The notes beneath the pieces are model-generated. The model was not told the DNA's origin, ran no database searches, and saw only the letters and a program-made list of their open reading frames with translations. Source: an uncultured bacterium (lineage in GTDB: Bacteria; Cyanobacteriota; Vampirovibrionia; Gastranaerophilales; Gastranaerophilaceae). Taken from it: a stretch of 64,000 nucleotides of DNA. Positions 1 through 9,497 of the stretch are shown piece after piece (positions within the stretch are counted from its first letter, which is position 1; every line of letters starts with the position of its first letter). The stretch covers positions 47,643 through 111,642 of the forward strand of contig CASGCE010000031.1 in the NCBI GenBank assembly GCA_949299935.1, in the 5' to 3' direction. A program made the translations under genes and the position numbers.

Positions 1-2
1 TA

Positions 3-953
3 TTAGCGTTTTTTGGTATAAATTTTACCTTATTTGAAAGACCAAAAGCCAAATTGAATGATATTGAATTCGTACTTGTAGACAGAGAAGAAACGCCTTT
101 AAATAAAAATACACCATACCGTTCCGATATGAATTCACGGACAGGCGGGGTTAATGATCCTACCCGAAAAGTTTCAATGCCATCACCTTCGCCTTCGAAG
201 GCACAACCTACACAGGCACCTGCAGCAAGTACACCCGTAAAAAAACCAGCACCTGCACAAGCAGTTAAGCCGGTTCAAAAACCGACGCCAACAGAGCAAC
301 CTGTACAACCCAAGACGTCACAACAAGCAAAACCTCAACCGCCAACGGCACGTCCGTCCGTAAAACCGCCAATGACGCCTAAAACAACTCCAAAACCGTC
401 ATCAGCATTTAAAGTTCCTGTGCCTTCAAGCGGAACAAAATCCGGCAGTTATTCTACAGGTCCAATAAGCAGCTCCGGCACAGCTTTGAAAGGTAGCGGA
501 GGCAGTTCTGCACCGGCACCATCACTTGCACCGACAGGCGGAGGTTCATCTTCCGGAACACGTTTGGCAACAGGCGGAGGTGGCAGCTTAGGTACAGGTA
601 ATATAGGTAATCCCGGCGGCGGAGGTGGCAGACCAGGTATTGATGCAATAAGAGAACCGGATTTCGGACCTTATATGAGAGATCTTCAAAGAAGAATTAA
701 AATGAATTGGGACCCGCCAAAAGGTAATGAAAGTAAACGTGTTGTTTTATTGTTTAAAATCGCAAAAGACGGAAGGTTACTCTCTTGCAGCGTTTTCAAA
801 TCCTCCGGATTACCCAGTGCCGATAAAGCTGCCTTGAATGCCGTTCAACTAACCGCACCTTTTAGACCATTGCCTGTCGAATTTAAAGGACAAAGTATTG
901 ATATCCAATTTACATTTGATTACAACGTATTTGGAGCATCAGGATATAATTAA
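3..953 (+). CDS. tonB: TonB-family energy transducer, 5' end probably outside the window
   Basis: The frame is open from nt 3, and LAFFGINFTLF looks like the tail of a membrane anchor, so the listed TTG at 54 is probably internal. Long Pro/Lys/Gln-rich spacer. The C-terminal ~90 aa (PDFGPYMRDLQRRIKMNWDPP...IQFTFDY) resembles the TonB C-terminal domain. Followed by exbB-exbD-exbD. Confidence 0.75.
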   Translation, partial: LAFFGINFTLFERPKAKLNDIEFVLVDREETPLNKNTPYRSDMNSRTGGVNDPTRKVSMPSPSPSKAQPTQAPAASTPVKKPAPAQAVKPVQKPTPTEQPVQPKTSQQAKPQPPTARPSVKPPMTPKTTPKPSSAFKVPVPSSGTKSGSYSTGPISSSGTALKGSGGSSAPAPSLAPTGGGSSSGTRLATGGGGSLGTGNIGNPGGGGGRPGIDAIREPDFGPYMRDLQRRIKMNWDPPKGNESKRVVLLFKIAKDGRLLSCSVFKSSGLPSADKAALNAVQLTAPFRPLPVEFKGQSIDIQFTFDYNVFGASGYN

Positions 954-979
954 CAAGTACATAAAAAGAGGATAAAACT

Positions 980-1627
980 ATGGAATTATTATTACACTCA
1001 ATCAAACTGGACTGGCCCGTATTACTGCCTATTTTGGTATGCTCAATACTGGTTGTGGCCGTGGTTATTAACAGATTTTCTTTCTACAGAAGAAACAAAA
1101 GGGATGTCGTTCTTTTTATCCCTAAATTACAAAAAGAACTTGTAATAAATAACCTTCAAGGTGCACAAAATCTTGCTGTTCAATGTGGCGGCGTTATCGG
1201 TGAAGTAACAGAAGAAGCTGTCAGAATATTCTCTGAACAAAGAAGCGGTTTTTCACGTTCATTCGATATTGCGGCAGCGCTTGCAACAAGAAAACTTGAA
1301 AGTCATTTAACAATTTTGGGTACAATCGGTGGTGTGGCACCATTTTTAGGTTTGTTCGGAACGGTTGTAAGAATTTTGTACACGTTTCAGGACCTGGCAG
1401 TACAAGGCAACCAGTCAGCAGCAGTTGCAATGGGTATCGGTTCAGCATTGATTGCTACGGCTTTCGGTCTTGGAGTTGCGATTGTAGCAGTTATCTTCTA
1501 CAATTCTTTCCAATCTGTGGTTAAACGTTATGAGGATGATTTCCAGCTTATTAAATTGCTCTTCTTGAGCTTTGTTGACTCCGAAGATGAAACAACAATT
1601 ACATCTCCAACTTCTAATGCTATATAA
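980..1627 (+). CDS. exbB: MotA/TolQ/ExbB proton-channel protein
   Basis: 215 aa with three hydrophobic segments. The C-terminal half (LGTIGGVAPFLGLFGTVVRI...ALIATAFGLGVAIVAV) matches the ExbB/TolQ family pattern. Sits between tonB and two exbD genes. Confidence 0.8.
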   Translation: MELLLHSIKLDWPVLLPILVCSILVVAVVINRFSFYRRNKRDVVLFIPKLQKELVINNLQGAQNLAVQCGGVIGEVTEEAVRIFSEQRSGFSRSFDIAAALATRKLESHLTILGTIGGVAPFLGLFGTVVRILYTFQDLAVQGNQSAAVAMGIGSALIATAFGLGVAIVAVIFYNSFQSVVKRYEDDFQLIKLLFLSFVDSEDETTITSPTSNAI

Positions 1628-1640
1628 GGATTAAAATAAA

Positions 1641-2090
1641 ATGGCAATGAATTCAAAAAAAGGAAAACTTTTTACCGAAATAAATATAACTCCGCTAACG
1701 GATATATTTCTTGTGCTGTTAATTATAATGATGGTTATAGCACCTTCATTTCAATCAATAGATAATACCATTACAGTTCCCGAAATTAACAGCGGTATTG
1801 CCATTGAACAAAATAAAGCTGAAATAGCTATAACAAAAGAAGGTTTGATGTTTATAAACGGTAAACAGATTACGCCTGATCAATTAGTTGGTGAACTTTT
1901 GGCAATAAGGGATATGCTGGAAAAACCGGAAGTTGTTGTTAAAGCCGATGCTCAAGTAAAAAGCTCCGAAATAATGCAGGTTATGAACGCTGCACAAGAT
2001 GCAGAATACAAAAAATTAATCGTTGCCGGTGAGCCTTTATCCAAAAAAGAACAAAAAGAACTCCGAGAAGAAAACGAAACCAGAGGGTAA
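1641..2090 (+). CDS. exbD: ExbD/TolR biopolymer transport protein (copy 1)
   Basis: N-terminal EINITPLTDIFLVLLIIMMVIAP anchor, typical of ExbD/TolR (the conserved Asp lies in the TM segment), followed by a periplasmic domain. Confidence 0.8.
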   Translation: MAMNSKKGKLFTEINITPLTDIFLVLLIIMMVIAPSFQSIDNTITVPEINSGIAIEQNKAEIAITKEGLMFINGKQITPDQLVGELLAIRDMLEKPEVVVKADAQVKSSEIMQVMNAAQDAEYKKLIVAGEPLSKKEQKELREENETRG

Positions 2091-2096
2091 TAATAA

Positions 2097-2489
2097 ATGT
2101 CCAGAAATCGTGATACATTCAATGAAATAAATATAACACCATTAACAGATATATTTTTAGTACTGTTAATAATAATGATGGTAATTGCACCATTGCTTGA
2201 TCAGCAGGGACTAAATTTAACCGTGCCCGAAATGGTTGACCAAGAACAAATAAAACAGAATGATACAAAAATTCTGTCGGTCATGGTTACAGCCGACGAT
2301 AAATACTATGTTGAAGGTGATGAAATTACAGCCGACAATTTGGAAAGTACATTGAAACAAATGGCCAAAGATTACCCTGACGGAATGATGATTGAATCAG
2401 ACGGTGATGCAACACACGGTGCTGTTGTAAAACTCATGGACAGTGCAAGAAACTCCGGCATAACCAGCATTTCAGTAACAGAAATTTGA
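2097..2489 (+). CDS. exbD: ExbD/TolR biopolymer transport protein (copy 2)
   Basis: Same EINITPLTDIFLVLLIIMMVIAP anchor as copy 1, but the periplasmic domain has diverged. Confidence 0.8.
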   Translation: MSRNRDTFNEINITPLTDIFLVLLIIMMVIAPLLDQQGLNLTVPEMVDQEQIKQNDTKILSVMVTADDKYYVEGDEITADNLESTLKQMAKDYPDGMMIESDGDATHGAVVKLMDSARNSGITSISVTEI

Positions 2490-2872
2490 TTAGATACTAT
2501 AAAAGGCAACTTAAATACACTTGCTTTTTTGTTCATATTTGCATTGTAATAACCTAAACAGGTTTCTTAACTCATTTATGGTAACTTTTGAATCGTAATC
2601 TTTTATTTGTTTCAACAAATTAGCAATTACTTCTTATACACTACTAATAGCATTAAACTATAAATAGCACACTAAAATAATTGCTGCTGACTTAGTTTGG
2701 ACTTATTGTGTTCTATCAGTACTACAACCGGGGTTTGACACTTTTTAAATTGACATTTACATAATGTCTTATTTGATGTATAAATCAACTATTACTAACA
2801 GTTATTTATGTGGATTTTTTAATATTTTTAATATATAATGTAAAAGGATTTTATTATTAAGAGGTTAGTCAA

Positions 2873-4756
2873 ATGAATAAAAGTCAATCTGCAGGTATGT
2901 ATATAGTATTAGCCATTGTTGTTTTGGTTTTTGTGTCATCAGTATTTATGGCAGGACCTGTAACAAGCACAAGTGAGCTTTCATATTCAAGTTTTATTGA
3001 AAAACTTGCCAACAAAGAATTTAAAAAAGTTGAAAAAGCAGATGATTATTTAATTGCAATCCCGATAAATCAACCTGCAGCAGAACAAACCATAAAAGAG
3101 CAAAGTCCGTTTGGAGTGGTCGAAAAAAAACTCCCTCAAGTTCAATATAAAGTACTAACTCCTGAAGATCCTGATTTAATGAAAAAACTTGAGGCTGCAA
3201 ATGTAGAAATTGAGGTCAAAAAACCTGCGGAATCTTCTCAATTATTGGGGATTTTAGGTTCACTTCTTTTACCTTTATTATTCATAGTGTTCTTGGTCGT
3301 AATGGCGAAAAGCATTCAAGCGGGAGGTTCTCAGGCAATGTCTTTCGGCAAAAGCAAGGCAAAAATGTTACTTGACAGTAAAGTTAAAACAACCTTTAAA
3401 GACGTTGCAGGTATTGATGAAGAAAAGAAAGAGCTTGAGGAAATAGTTGATTTCTTAAAACACGGCGAAAAATATATCAAACTTGGCGCTAAAATTCCAA
3501 AAGGTGTTTTGCTTGTCGGTGCACCAGGAACAGGTAAAACCCTGATGGCGAAAGCTGTGGCCGGAGAAGCCGGTGTACCGTTTTTTTCCATAAGCGGTTC
3601 AGACTTTGTGGAAATGTTTGTAGGTGTTGGTGCAAGTCGTGTAAGAGATTTATTTGAACAGGCAAAAAAACATCAGCCCTGCATAATTTTCATTGATGAA
3701 ATAGATGCGGTAGGTCGTCAACGCGGAGCAGGATTGGGCGGAGGTCATGACGAGAGAGAACAAACACTAAACCAATTGCTTGTTGAAATGGACGGATTTG
3801 ATGAAAATATTAATATAATTGTAATAGCTGCGACAAATAGACCCGACATTCTTGATAATGCTCTTTTAAGACCCGGTAGATTTGACAGGCAAATCGTAAT
3901 TAATCGCCCTGATATTCTGGGCAGAGAACAAATTTTACAGGTTCACGCAAAAAATAAACCTCTTGCAAGTGATGTTGAACTAAAGGTTCTTGCAAAACGC
4001 ACACCGGGTTTTACGGGCGCAGACTTGCAGAACCTATTAAATGAAGCCGCACTTTTAGCAGCGCGACATGACCAAAAAGAAATATCAATGGAAAATCTTG
4101 AAGAAGCCATTGATAAAGTTATGGCAGGACCGGAGAAGAAAAGCCGAATTATTTCTGACGAAGAAAAAGAAAATACTGCATACCATGAAGTCGGTCACGC
4201 ACTTTTGGCAAAGCTTTTGAAAAATACAGACCCGTTGCATAAAGTCTCAATAATCCCAAGAGGTATGGCACTTGGTGTCACCATGACGTTACCTGAAAAA
4301 GATCATTTAACAATGAAAAAATCACAACTTTTGGACAGAATTACTATGACGCTCGGCGGCAGAGTCGCAGAAGAAATAGTCTACGGAAAAGATTCAATAA
4401 CAACAGGCGCGTCAAATGACCTCGAAAAAGTTACATCCTTGGCACGCAACATGGTTACAACTTACGGTATGTCCGAAAAAATGGGCAATCTTCAATATGG
4501 TAAAAGTGAAGAACATGTATTTATGGGACGTGATTTTGGTCATACCAGAGATTTCTCCGAAGAAATTGCTGCTGAGATAGATAAAGAGGTTAAAAAAATT
4601 ATTGACGAACGCTATGAAATTGCTAAAAAGTTACTTCTCGAAAACAGAGATATGCTGGAATATATCTCTAAGACTCTATTGGACGAAGAAACAATAGATG
4701 AAAAACGTTTTGTGGAATTAATGGAAAAAGTACAAAGTGAAAGGGAAAATTCATAA
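2873..4756 (+). CDS. ftsH: ATP-dependent zinc metalloprotease FtsH
   Basis: Walker A GAPGTGKT, Walker B IIFIDEID, zinc motif HEVGHAL, and two N-terminal TM segments. Confidence 0.97.
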   Translation: MNKSQSAGMYIVLAIVVLVFVSSVFMAGPVTSTSELSYSSFIEKLANKEFKKVEKADDYLIAIPINQPAAEQTIKEQSPFGVVEKKLPQVQYKVLTPEDPDLMKKLEAANVEIEVKKPAESSQLLGILGSLLLPLLFIVFLVVMAKSIQAGGSQAMSFGKSKAKMLLDSKVKTTFKDVAGIDEEKKELEEIVDFLKHGEKYIKLGAKIPKGVLLVGAPGTGKTLMAKAVAGEAGVPFFSISGSDFVEMFVGVGASRVRDLFEQAKKHQPCIIFIDEIDAVGRQRGAGLGGGHDEREQTLNQLLVEMDGFDENINIIVIAATNRPDILDNALLRPGRFDRQIVINRPDILGREQILQVHAKNKPLASDVELKVLAKRTPGFTGADLQNLLNEAALLAARHDQKEISMENLEEAIDKVMAGPEKKSRIISDEEKENTAYHEVGHALLAKLLKNTDPLHKVSIIPRGMALGVTMTLPEKDHLTMKKSQLLDRITMTLGGRVAEEIVYGKDSITTGASNDLEKVTSLARNMVTTYGMSEKMGNLQYGKSEEHVFMGRDFGHTRDFSEEIAAEIDKEVKKIIDERYEIAKKLLLENRDMLEYISKTLLDEETIDEKRFVELMEKVQSERENS

Positions 4757-5510
4757 AACTCTTTATGCACTTGAAATAAATATTTTCAATACTGAGGATA
4801 ATTTTCAAATTGCAAAAGATTTCTTTCGTACAAGTAAAAGGGCATTATTGGTTGCAAAAGCACAATCGTGTGCTTGTGATATTTTGTCCTTGAAATTCAA
4901 TATAAAAACTATAAAAGATATTCAAAAATCCGCCAAAATATTAAAAGCCCTTTTACCCAGAATAAAAAAACCTCTGATGATAAATGGGGTATGTGATGAT
5001 AATTTAAACAAAAAACTTTTGCCGGCGCTTATAAAGGTGCTTGACAGAAAATCCATAATATCTCCGGTTAACGAACAAACTTATACTGATTTGATACCTT
5101 TCATAATAAAAGGTAAACATAAACTGGTTCTTAAAAGTCCAATTGATATGAATCTTTGCAGAGAATTAAATATACTGGTATCTGAAAAGGGTATTCCCCT
5201 TGACCATTTAATTATTGATACAGATATAGGGGCTCTCGGATACGGTTTGGATTACGGATACAGCATAATTGAAAAAATAAAACTTGAAGATGACTTGTAT
5301 TTAAATCTGCCCATTATGAGTTTTGTTGCACAGGAGAGTTTGAATACAAAAGAAGCCAAGTATGATACTTTCACTGAAAGTTGGGGTGATTTAAAAACTC
5401 GTGCGAAAATGTTTGAAATTGCATCAGCGTCAGCTGTAAAGGCTGCTGGTGCAGATATTGTAGTTTTATATAATCCGGATAATATAAAAGTTATGAAAGG
5501 ATTACAGTAA
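4737..5510 (+). CDS. Corrinoid iron-sulfur protein small subunit-like (AcsD/CdhD family)
   Basis: GTG start overlapping the ftsH stop by 20 nt. The pattern PLMINGV...[12 protein letters not shown]...[26 protein letters not shown]...WGDLKTR..FEIASA...GADIVVL matches my recollection of the CdhD/AcsD TIM-barrel family. Translationally coupled (ATGA-type junction) to the AcsC-like gene. Confidence 0.6.
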   Translation: MKGKIHKTLYALEINIFNTEDNFQIAKDFFRTSKRALLVAKAQSCACDILSLKFNIKTIKDIQKSAKILKALLPRIKKPLMINGVCDDNLNKKLLPALIKVLDRKSIISPVNEQTYTDLIPFIIKGKHKLVLKSPIDMNLCRELNILVSEKGIPLDHLIIDTDIGALGYGLDYGYSIIEKIKLEDDLYLNLPIMSFVAQESLNTKEAKYDTFTESWGDLKTRAKMFEIASASAVKAAGADIVVLYNPDNIKVMKGLQ

Positions 5511-6643
5511 TGAAACTTTCAGGACTCGATATTTTTAAATATTTGCCCGGAGCAAAAAAGTCATTACATACTAATTGCAAAGAGTGCGGATGTCCAACCT
5601 GCATGGCATTTGCTATTAAACTTGCTCAGAAACAGATAACCTATGACAGATGTAAATACATGTCAGAAGAACTTAAAACTCTTTGTAAAAAGAATATAAA
5701 ATCACCACAAAAAATTGTAAAAATTGACGGATTGAAAATAGGCGGGGAAAATGTTTTATATCGCCATGAAAAAAAGTTCATTAATAAAACAGTACTAGCG
5801 GTAATAGTCAATTGCAAAACACCGGATTATAAAGAAAAGTTAAAACGGATTGAAAATTTTGAAATAAACCGTGTGAATGAAAAGATGAAAATTGATCTTG
5901 TTATCTTAAGAAATAAAGAAAAGCATCAGCCGGAAAATTTATGCGATGAAACAGTATACATTGAAGAAAAAGATTTTTTAAAACTTTCAATAAAAAAAAT
6001 AGAAGATACTAACTTTAAAAAGACAGTTGAAAAACTAGTAAAAACAAGGACTAAAGCTATTATTGACCATAACGAAAAATACTGTGATCCTGTTTATGTA
6101 TATTTAAAGTCAACAACAAATAAGTATAATTTATGTGCGAGAGCAAGTTATTATTTATGTAAATATGCAAACATGCTTGTTTTTGAGGATTTTGATGAAA
6201 ACCTGTTTACAACGTTAATGATTTTACGTCAAAACATATACACAGATCCTCAAAAGCCCTTGCAGGTTGAACCTAAAATTTATGAATTTAATAATCCTGA
6301 TGAAAATTCATTGATATTTATAACAACAAATTTTGCATTAACATTTTTTGCAGTTGCTAATGAATTAGAAAACCTGAAGATTCCATCATACCTTGTTGTA
6401 ATACCTGCCTGCGGAATGAGTGTATTAACAGCGTTTTCAGCGGAAAAATTTACGGCAAAAACGGTTGTTAAAACATTAAAAAAGTTTGACCTATTAAACA
6501 AGGTTAAAACTCGAAAAATAATCATCCCCGGACTATTGGCTCATATGAAAGATGATCTTGAAAAATCACTTCCGGAATTTGAAATAATAGTCGGTACTGT
6601 AGAGGCTTATTCTATAGGAGAATTTGTAAAAAAACTTATTTGA
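5510..6643 (+). CDS. Corrinoid iron-sulfur protein large subunit-like (AcsC/CdhE family)
   Basis: N-terminal Fe-S motif CKECGCPTCMAFAIKLA...C. IGGENVLYRHEKKF segment. C-terminal corrinoid-binding-like segment FITTNFALTFFAV...GMSVLTAFSAEKF...IIIPGLLAH. At 377 aa it is shorter than canonical AcsC (~445 aa). Confidence 0.7.
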   Translation: MKLSGLDIFKYLPGAKKSLHTNCKECGCPTCMAFAIKLAQKQITYDRCKYMSEELKTLCKKNIKSPQKIVKIDGLKIGGENVLYRHEKKFINKTVLAVIVNCKTPDYKEKLKRIENFEINRVNEKMKIDLVILRNKEKHQPENLCDETVYIEEKDFLKLSIKKIEDTNFKKTVEKLVKTRTKAIIDHNEKYCDPVYVYLKSTTNKYNLCARASYYLCKYANMLVFEDFDENLFTTLMILRQNIYTDPQKPLQVEPKIYEFNNPDENSLIFITTNFALTFFAVANELENLKIPSYLVVIPACGMSVLTAFSAEKFTAKTVVKTLKKFDLLNKVKTRKIIIPGLLAHMKDDLEKSLPEFEIIVGTVEAYSIGEFVKKLI

Positions 6644-8177
6644 GTTCAAACTCATTAACAAGCAAAACTTGGATTTCGCCCGGCATAAGATTTACTTTGA
6701 ATTTATCTTTTTCAGAAACAGGCGCAGTATCCATTTCTATAGGAATAGTCAGAAATGAATCATTGTAATGAGGAACTTTAATAACAGCCTCATTGTTAGC
6801 CCTAAAGTTCATGTTTCCAAAAACTAAAACTGTGGTTTTATTATAAGACAATCCGTACGCGAAAACGGAAGAATTGCTGGACTTAAGCTCCACAAACTTT
6901 CCATTGGCAATCACAGGGGCAATAAAACTTTTAAAACTGTTTGCCGTTACAAAATCTCTTTTAAAATTAGTATTTTTACCGCCGGGTTGACGTGAAAAAT
7001 TAAATATATCAAGTTTACCTCTGTGTACAAAATAATATTCATCATCAGTGTAAGTAACACGAGCTTTTTTATTACCCCAAAGATAAATATAATTATCAGC
7101 AGTGTCAAAACCGTCAACATAATAAGCATTCAAAGGTAAGGTCGAATTCAGCCATAAAATCATGTTACTATAAGGCTGACCATTAATTAAAACAGGACTC
7201 AATTCATCATGGGTAGTAAAACTTCCGATGACGGCTTTTGGTTCAGCATATTTATTTTTTAGAGAATTAGTAAATTTAATATGACTAATTAATTCAGACG
7301 CGCTACGCCAATCTTGCATATTAAAGTAGCTACCGTAAAATCCGTCAAACCCGGCTTCCAGCAACTTGTCATAAGGAGTAAAAACGGCATCGGGTGATAC
7401 CGGTTCTTTCCACGAATCAGAAGCTTCCGCAAGCCACATAAACTGTGGATCCTTTTTTCTTGAATAGCTGATAAGTTCACGCCAAAATTTAGCAGGTTTT
7501 GTTGTCGCCACATCAGCTCTTATACCATCGACACCAAGCTGCATAACATAATCAACAAACCCCTTATATAAATTATAAACATCCATGTTAATATCATTCT
7601 CATTGCCGGCATTTAAAAGCCTTACATCTGTCCAATCAGAAGGAATAACCGGTTGTCCCAATGAATCCTTGAGAAAAAGCTCCGGACGCTTCAAGTAAAG
7701 GTCATAAGCACCGCATGCCGGAAGATCAATTATGACCCTTATTTTTCTTTTGTGTGCCTCATTAATAAATTTTACAGCCTGCTGCTCTAAAGACAATGCC
7801 GTCCTGTCACTTTTCAACTGCGGATTTAATTCATTAAAACTTGCAGCAGCATACAAAGAACCGGCAGAACCAAGCGCTTTTGTTTTACCAACAGCCATAA
7901 CAGGCATCACATGGATTGTATTTACACCCGATGACATAATCTCATCAAGTCTGCTTATTGCATTTAAAAAATTCCCGCTCTCTTCACCTTCCGAAATATC
8001 AATAATCCCGTCTTTGTTTAAATCTTGAGCTCCGAACGTTCTCAAATTTATCTCATAGATTATCGCATTATTATTCAAAAACAGAGATCTTAAATCATTA
8101 ACCCAAACTTCAGAGGCAAAAGCACTGCATAACATCATATGAATTACACAAAAACCTAATATAAATCTTCTAATCAT
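6636..8177 (-). CDS. Secreted alpha-amylase family (GH13) glycoside hydrolase
   Basis: Start moved to the ATG at 8177 (GAGGGG RBS), which gives the signal peptide MIRRFILGFCVIHMMLCSAFA. GH13-like regions VIIDLP, GVDGIRADVA, WLAEAS and FTTHDE. Confidence 0.75.
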   Translation of the reverse strand: MIRRFILGFCVIHMMLCSAFASEVWVNDLRSLFLNNNAIIYEINLRTFGAQDLNKDGIIDISEGEESGNFLNAISRLDEIMSSGVNTIHVMPVMAVGKTKALGSAGSLYAAASFNELNPQLKSDRTALSLEQQAVKFINEAHKRKIRVIIDLPACGAYDLYLKRPELFLKDSLGQPVIPSDWTDVRLLNAGNENDINMDVYNLYKGFVDYVMQLGVDGIRADVATTKPAKFWRELISYSRKKDPQFMWLAEASDSWKEPVSPDAVFTPYDKLLEAGFDGFYGSYFNMQDWRSASELISHIKFTNSLKNKYAEPKAVIGSFTTHDELSPVLINGQPYSNMILWLNSTLPLNAYYVDGFDTADNYIYLWGNKKARVTYTDDEYYFVHRGKLDIFNFSRQPGGKNTNFKRDFVTANSFKSFIAPVIANGKFVELKSSNSSVFAYGLSYNKTTVLVFGNMNFRANNEAVIKVPHYNDSFLTIPIEMDTAPVSEKDKFKVNLMPGEIQVLLVNEFELK

Positions 8178-8229
8178 ATTTTCCCCTCTTAAAATTATCT
8201 TAACAGACAGAGCATTTTTTTGCAAATAA

Positions 8230-9462
8230 TTATTTAGTATATTTTTTATCCTTCAATTCATCAGGCATAAATTGCTGATACACCTCCGGCGCATCATGGG
8301 TATAAACATATCCAACCCCAAAACCATATTTTTGCGCATCTTTGTAATGTGAATCTCTTAAATGCATAGGCGGGGGAAAATCATTTCCGGATTCAATATC
8401 GGAAAGTGCTATATCAATTGCACAAGCAGCCTCATTAGATTTTTTAGCTCGTGCAACATATATAACAGCCATTGCAAGAGGTATTCTTCCTTCGGGAAAT
8501 CCCAACAACTCAACAGCTTTATAAGCATTAATAGCAACATTCAATGCCGTAGGATCAGCTAATCCCACATCTTCTGCTGCACATACAATTAACCTGCGTG
8601 CAATAAACCGCGGATCTTCGCCTGCAATAATCATTTTTGCAAGATAGTAAACCGCCGCATCCGGGTCACTGCCTCTCAAACTTTTTTGAAAAGCTGAAGC
8701 ACAGTCATAATGTTCTTGCTGAGAATATCTGGTATTTCTTTTTTGACAAATGCTCTCAATAATTTTGACCGTAAGATTTCGCCTGTTATCTTTTAGATCA
8801 CTTGCAAAATAAGCATTTTCAACAATATTTAAAGCACAACGAGCATCACCTCTGGCAAGATTAATAATAAAATCTATGACTCCGGTTTCACAATCCATTG
8901 CCACATAATTCTTTGCAAGATATGCAAATCCTTTTTTAATTATATCTTCCATACTTTTATCATCAATGGAATTTAGCCTGACGACTTGGACTCTTGACAA
9001 AAGTGCCGGTATTACCTGAAAAGAAGGATTTTCGGTTGTAGAACCTATCAAAAAAAGCGTGCCATTTTCCAAATGAGGCAAAAGCGCATCCTGTTGAGTT
9101 TTGGAATATCTGTGAATTTCATCTATAAACAAAATGGTTTTTGTATTAACGCGCAACGCTTCTTTTGCATTATCAACAGCTTCCTTAATCTCTTTAACAC
9201 CAGAAGTTACAGCAGAAATTTCGATAAAATTTGCATTAGTTTTTGTAGCGATTAATCTGGCAAGAGTAGTTTTGCCACAACCTGGAGGCCCCCAAAAAAT
9301 CAGTGAAAATAACCTGTTTGTCTTTAGAAGATTTAAAATAGGACTGTTTGGCGTAATAACATTACTCTGCCCTAAAAAATCTTCCACAGTTTTAGGACGA
9401 AGAATTTCCGCAAGCGGGATTTGTTTATTTTGATTCTCAAGTTCTGTAAACAAATTATTCAT
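8230..9462 (-). CDS. rarA: Replication-associated recombination protein A (AAA+ ATPase)
   Basis: Walker A GPPGCGKTTLA, Walker B LFIDEIHR, and the C-terminal MgsA-type domain (DPDAAVYYLAKM...GEDPRFIARR). Confidence 0.9.
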   Translation of the reverse strand: MNNLFTELENQNKQIPLAEILRPKTVEDFLGQSNVITPNSPILNLLKTNRLFSLIFWGPPGCGKTTLARLIATKTNANFIEISAVTSGVKEIKEAVDNAKEALRVNTKTILFIDEIHRYSKTQQDALLPHLENGTLFLIGSTTENPSFQVIPALLSRVQVVRLNSIDDKSMEDIIKKGFAYLAKNYVAMDCETGVIDFIINLARGDARCALNIVENAYFASDLKDNRRNLTVKIIESICQKRNTRYSQQEHYDCASAFQKSLRGSDPDAAVYYLAKMIIAGEDPRFIARRLIVCAAEDVGLADPTALNVAINAYKAVELLGFPEGRIPLAMAVIYVARAKKSNEAACAIDIALSDIESGNDFPPPMHLRDSHYKDAQKYGFGVGYVYTHDAPEVYQQFMPDELKDKKYTK

Positions 9463-9497
9463 AGTATAATTGTAACATCAAAAGAAACGGGTGTCGA

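Noticed and set aside
454-648. 64-aa antisense ORF in the Pro-rich TonB spacer. I also considered whether the Pro/Lys/Gln-rich DNA is a repeat element.
   Set aside because: This is low-complexity coding sequence of the TonB linker with no exact DNA tandem repeat. The antisense ORF is a by-product of the biased composition.
2490-2872. 383-bp gap upstream of ftsH, as a possible ncRNA or small gene.
   Set aside because: It contains TTGACA-like hexamers and AT-rich sequence consistent with a promoter region. I saw no convincing hairpins, conserved motifs or RBS-preceded ORF that I could defend.
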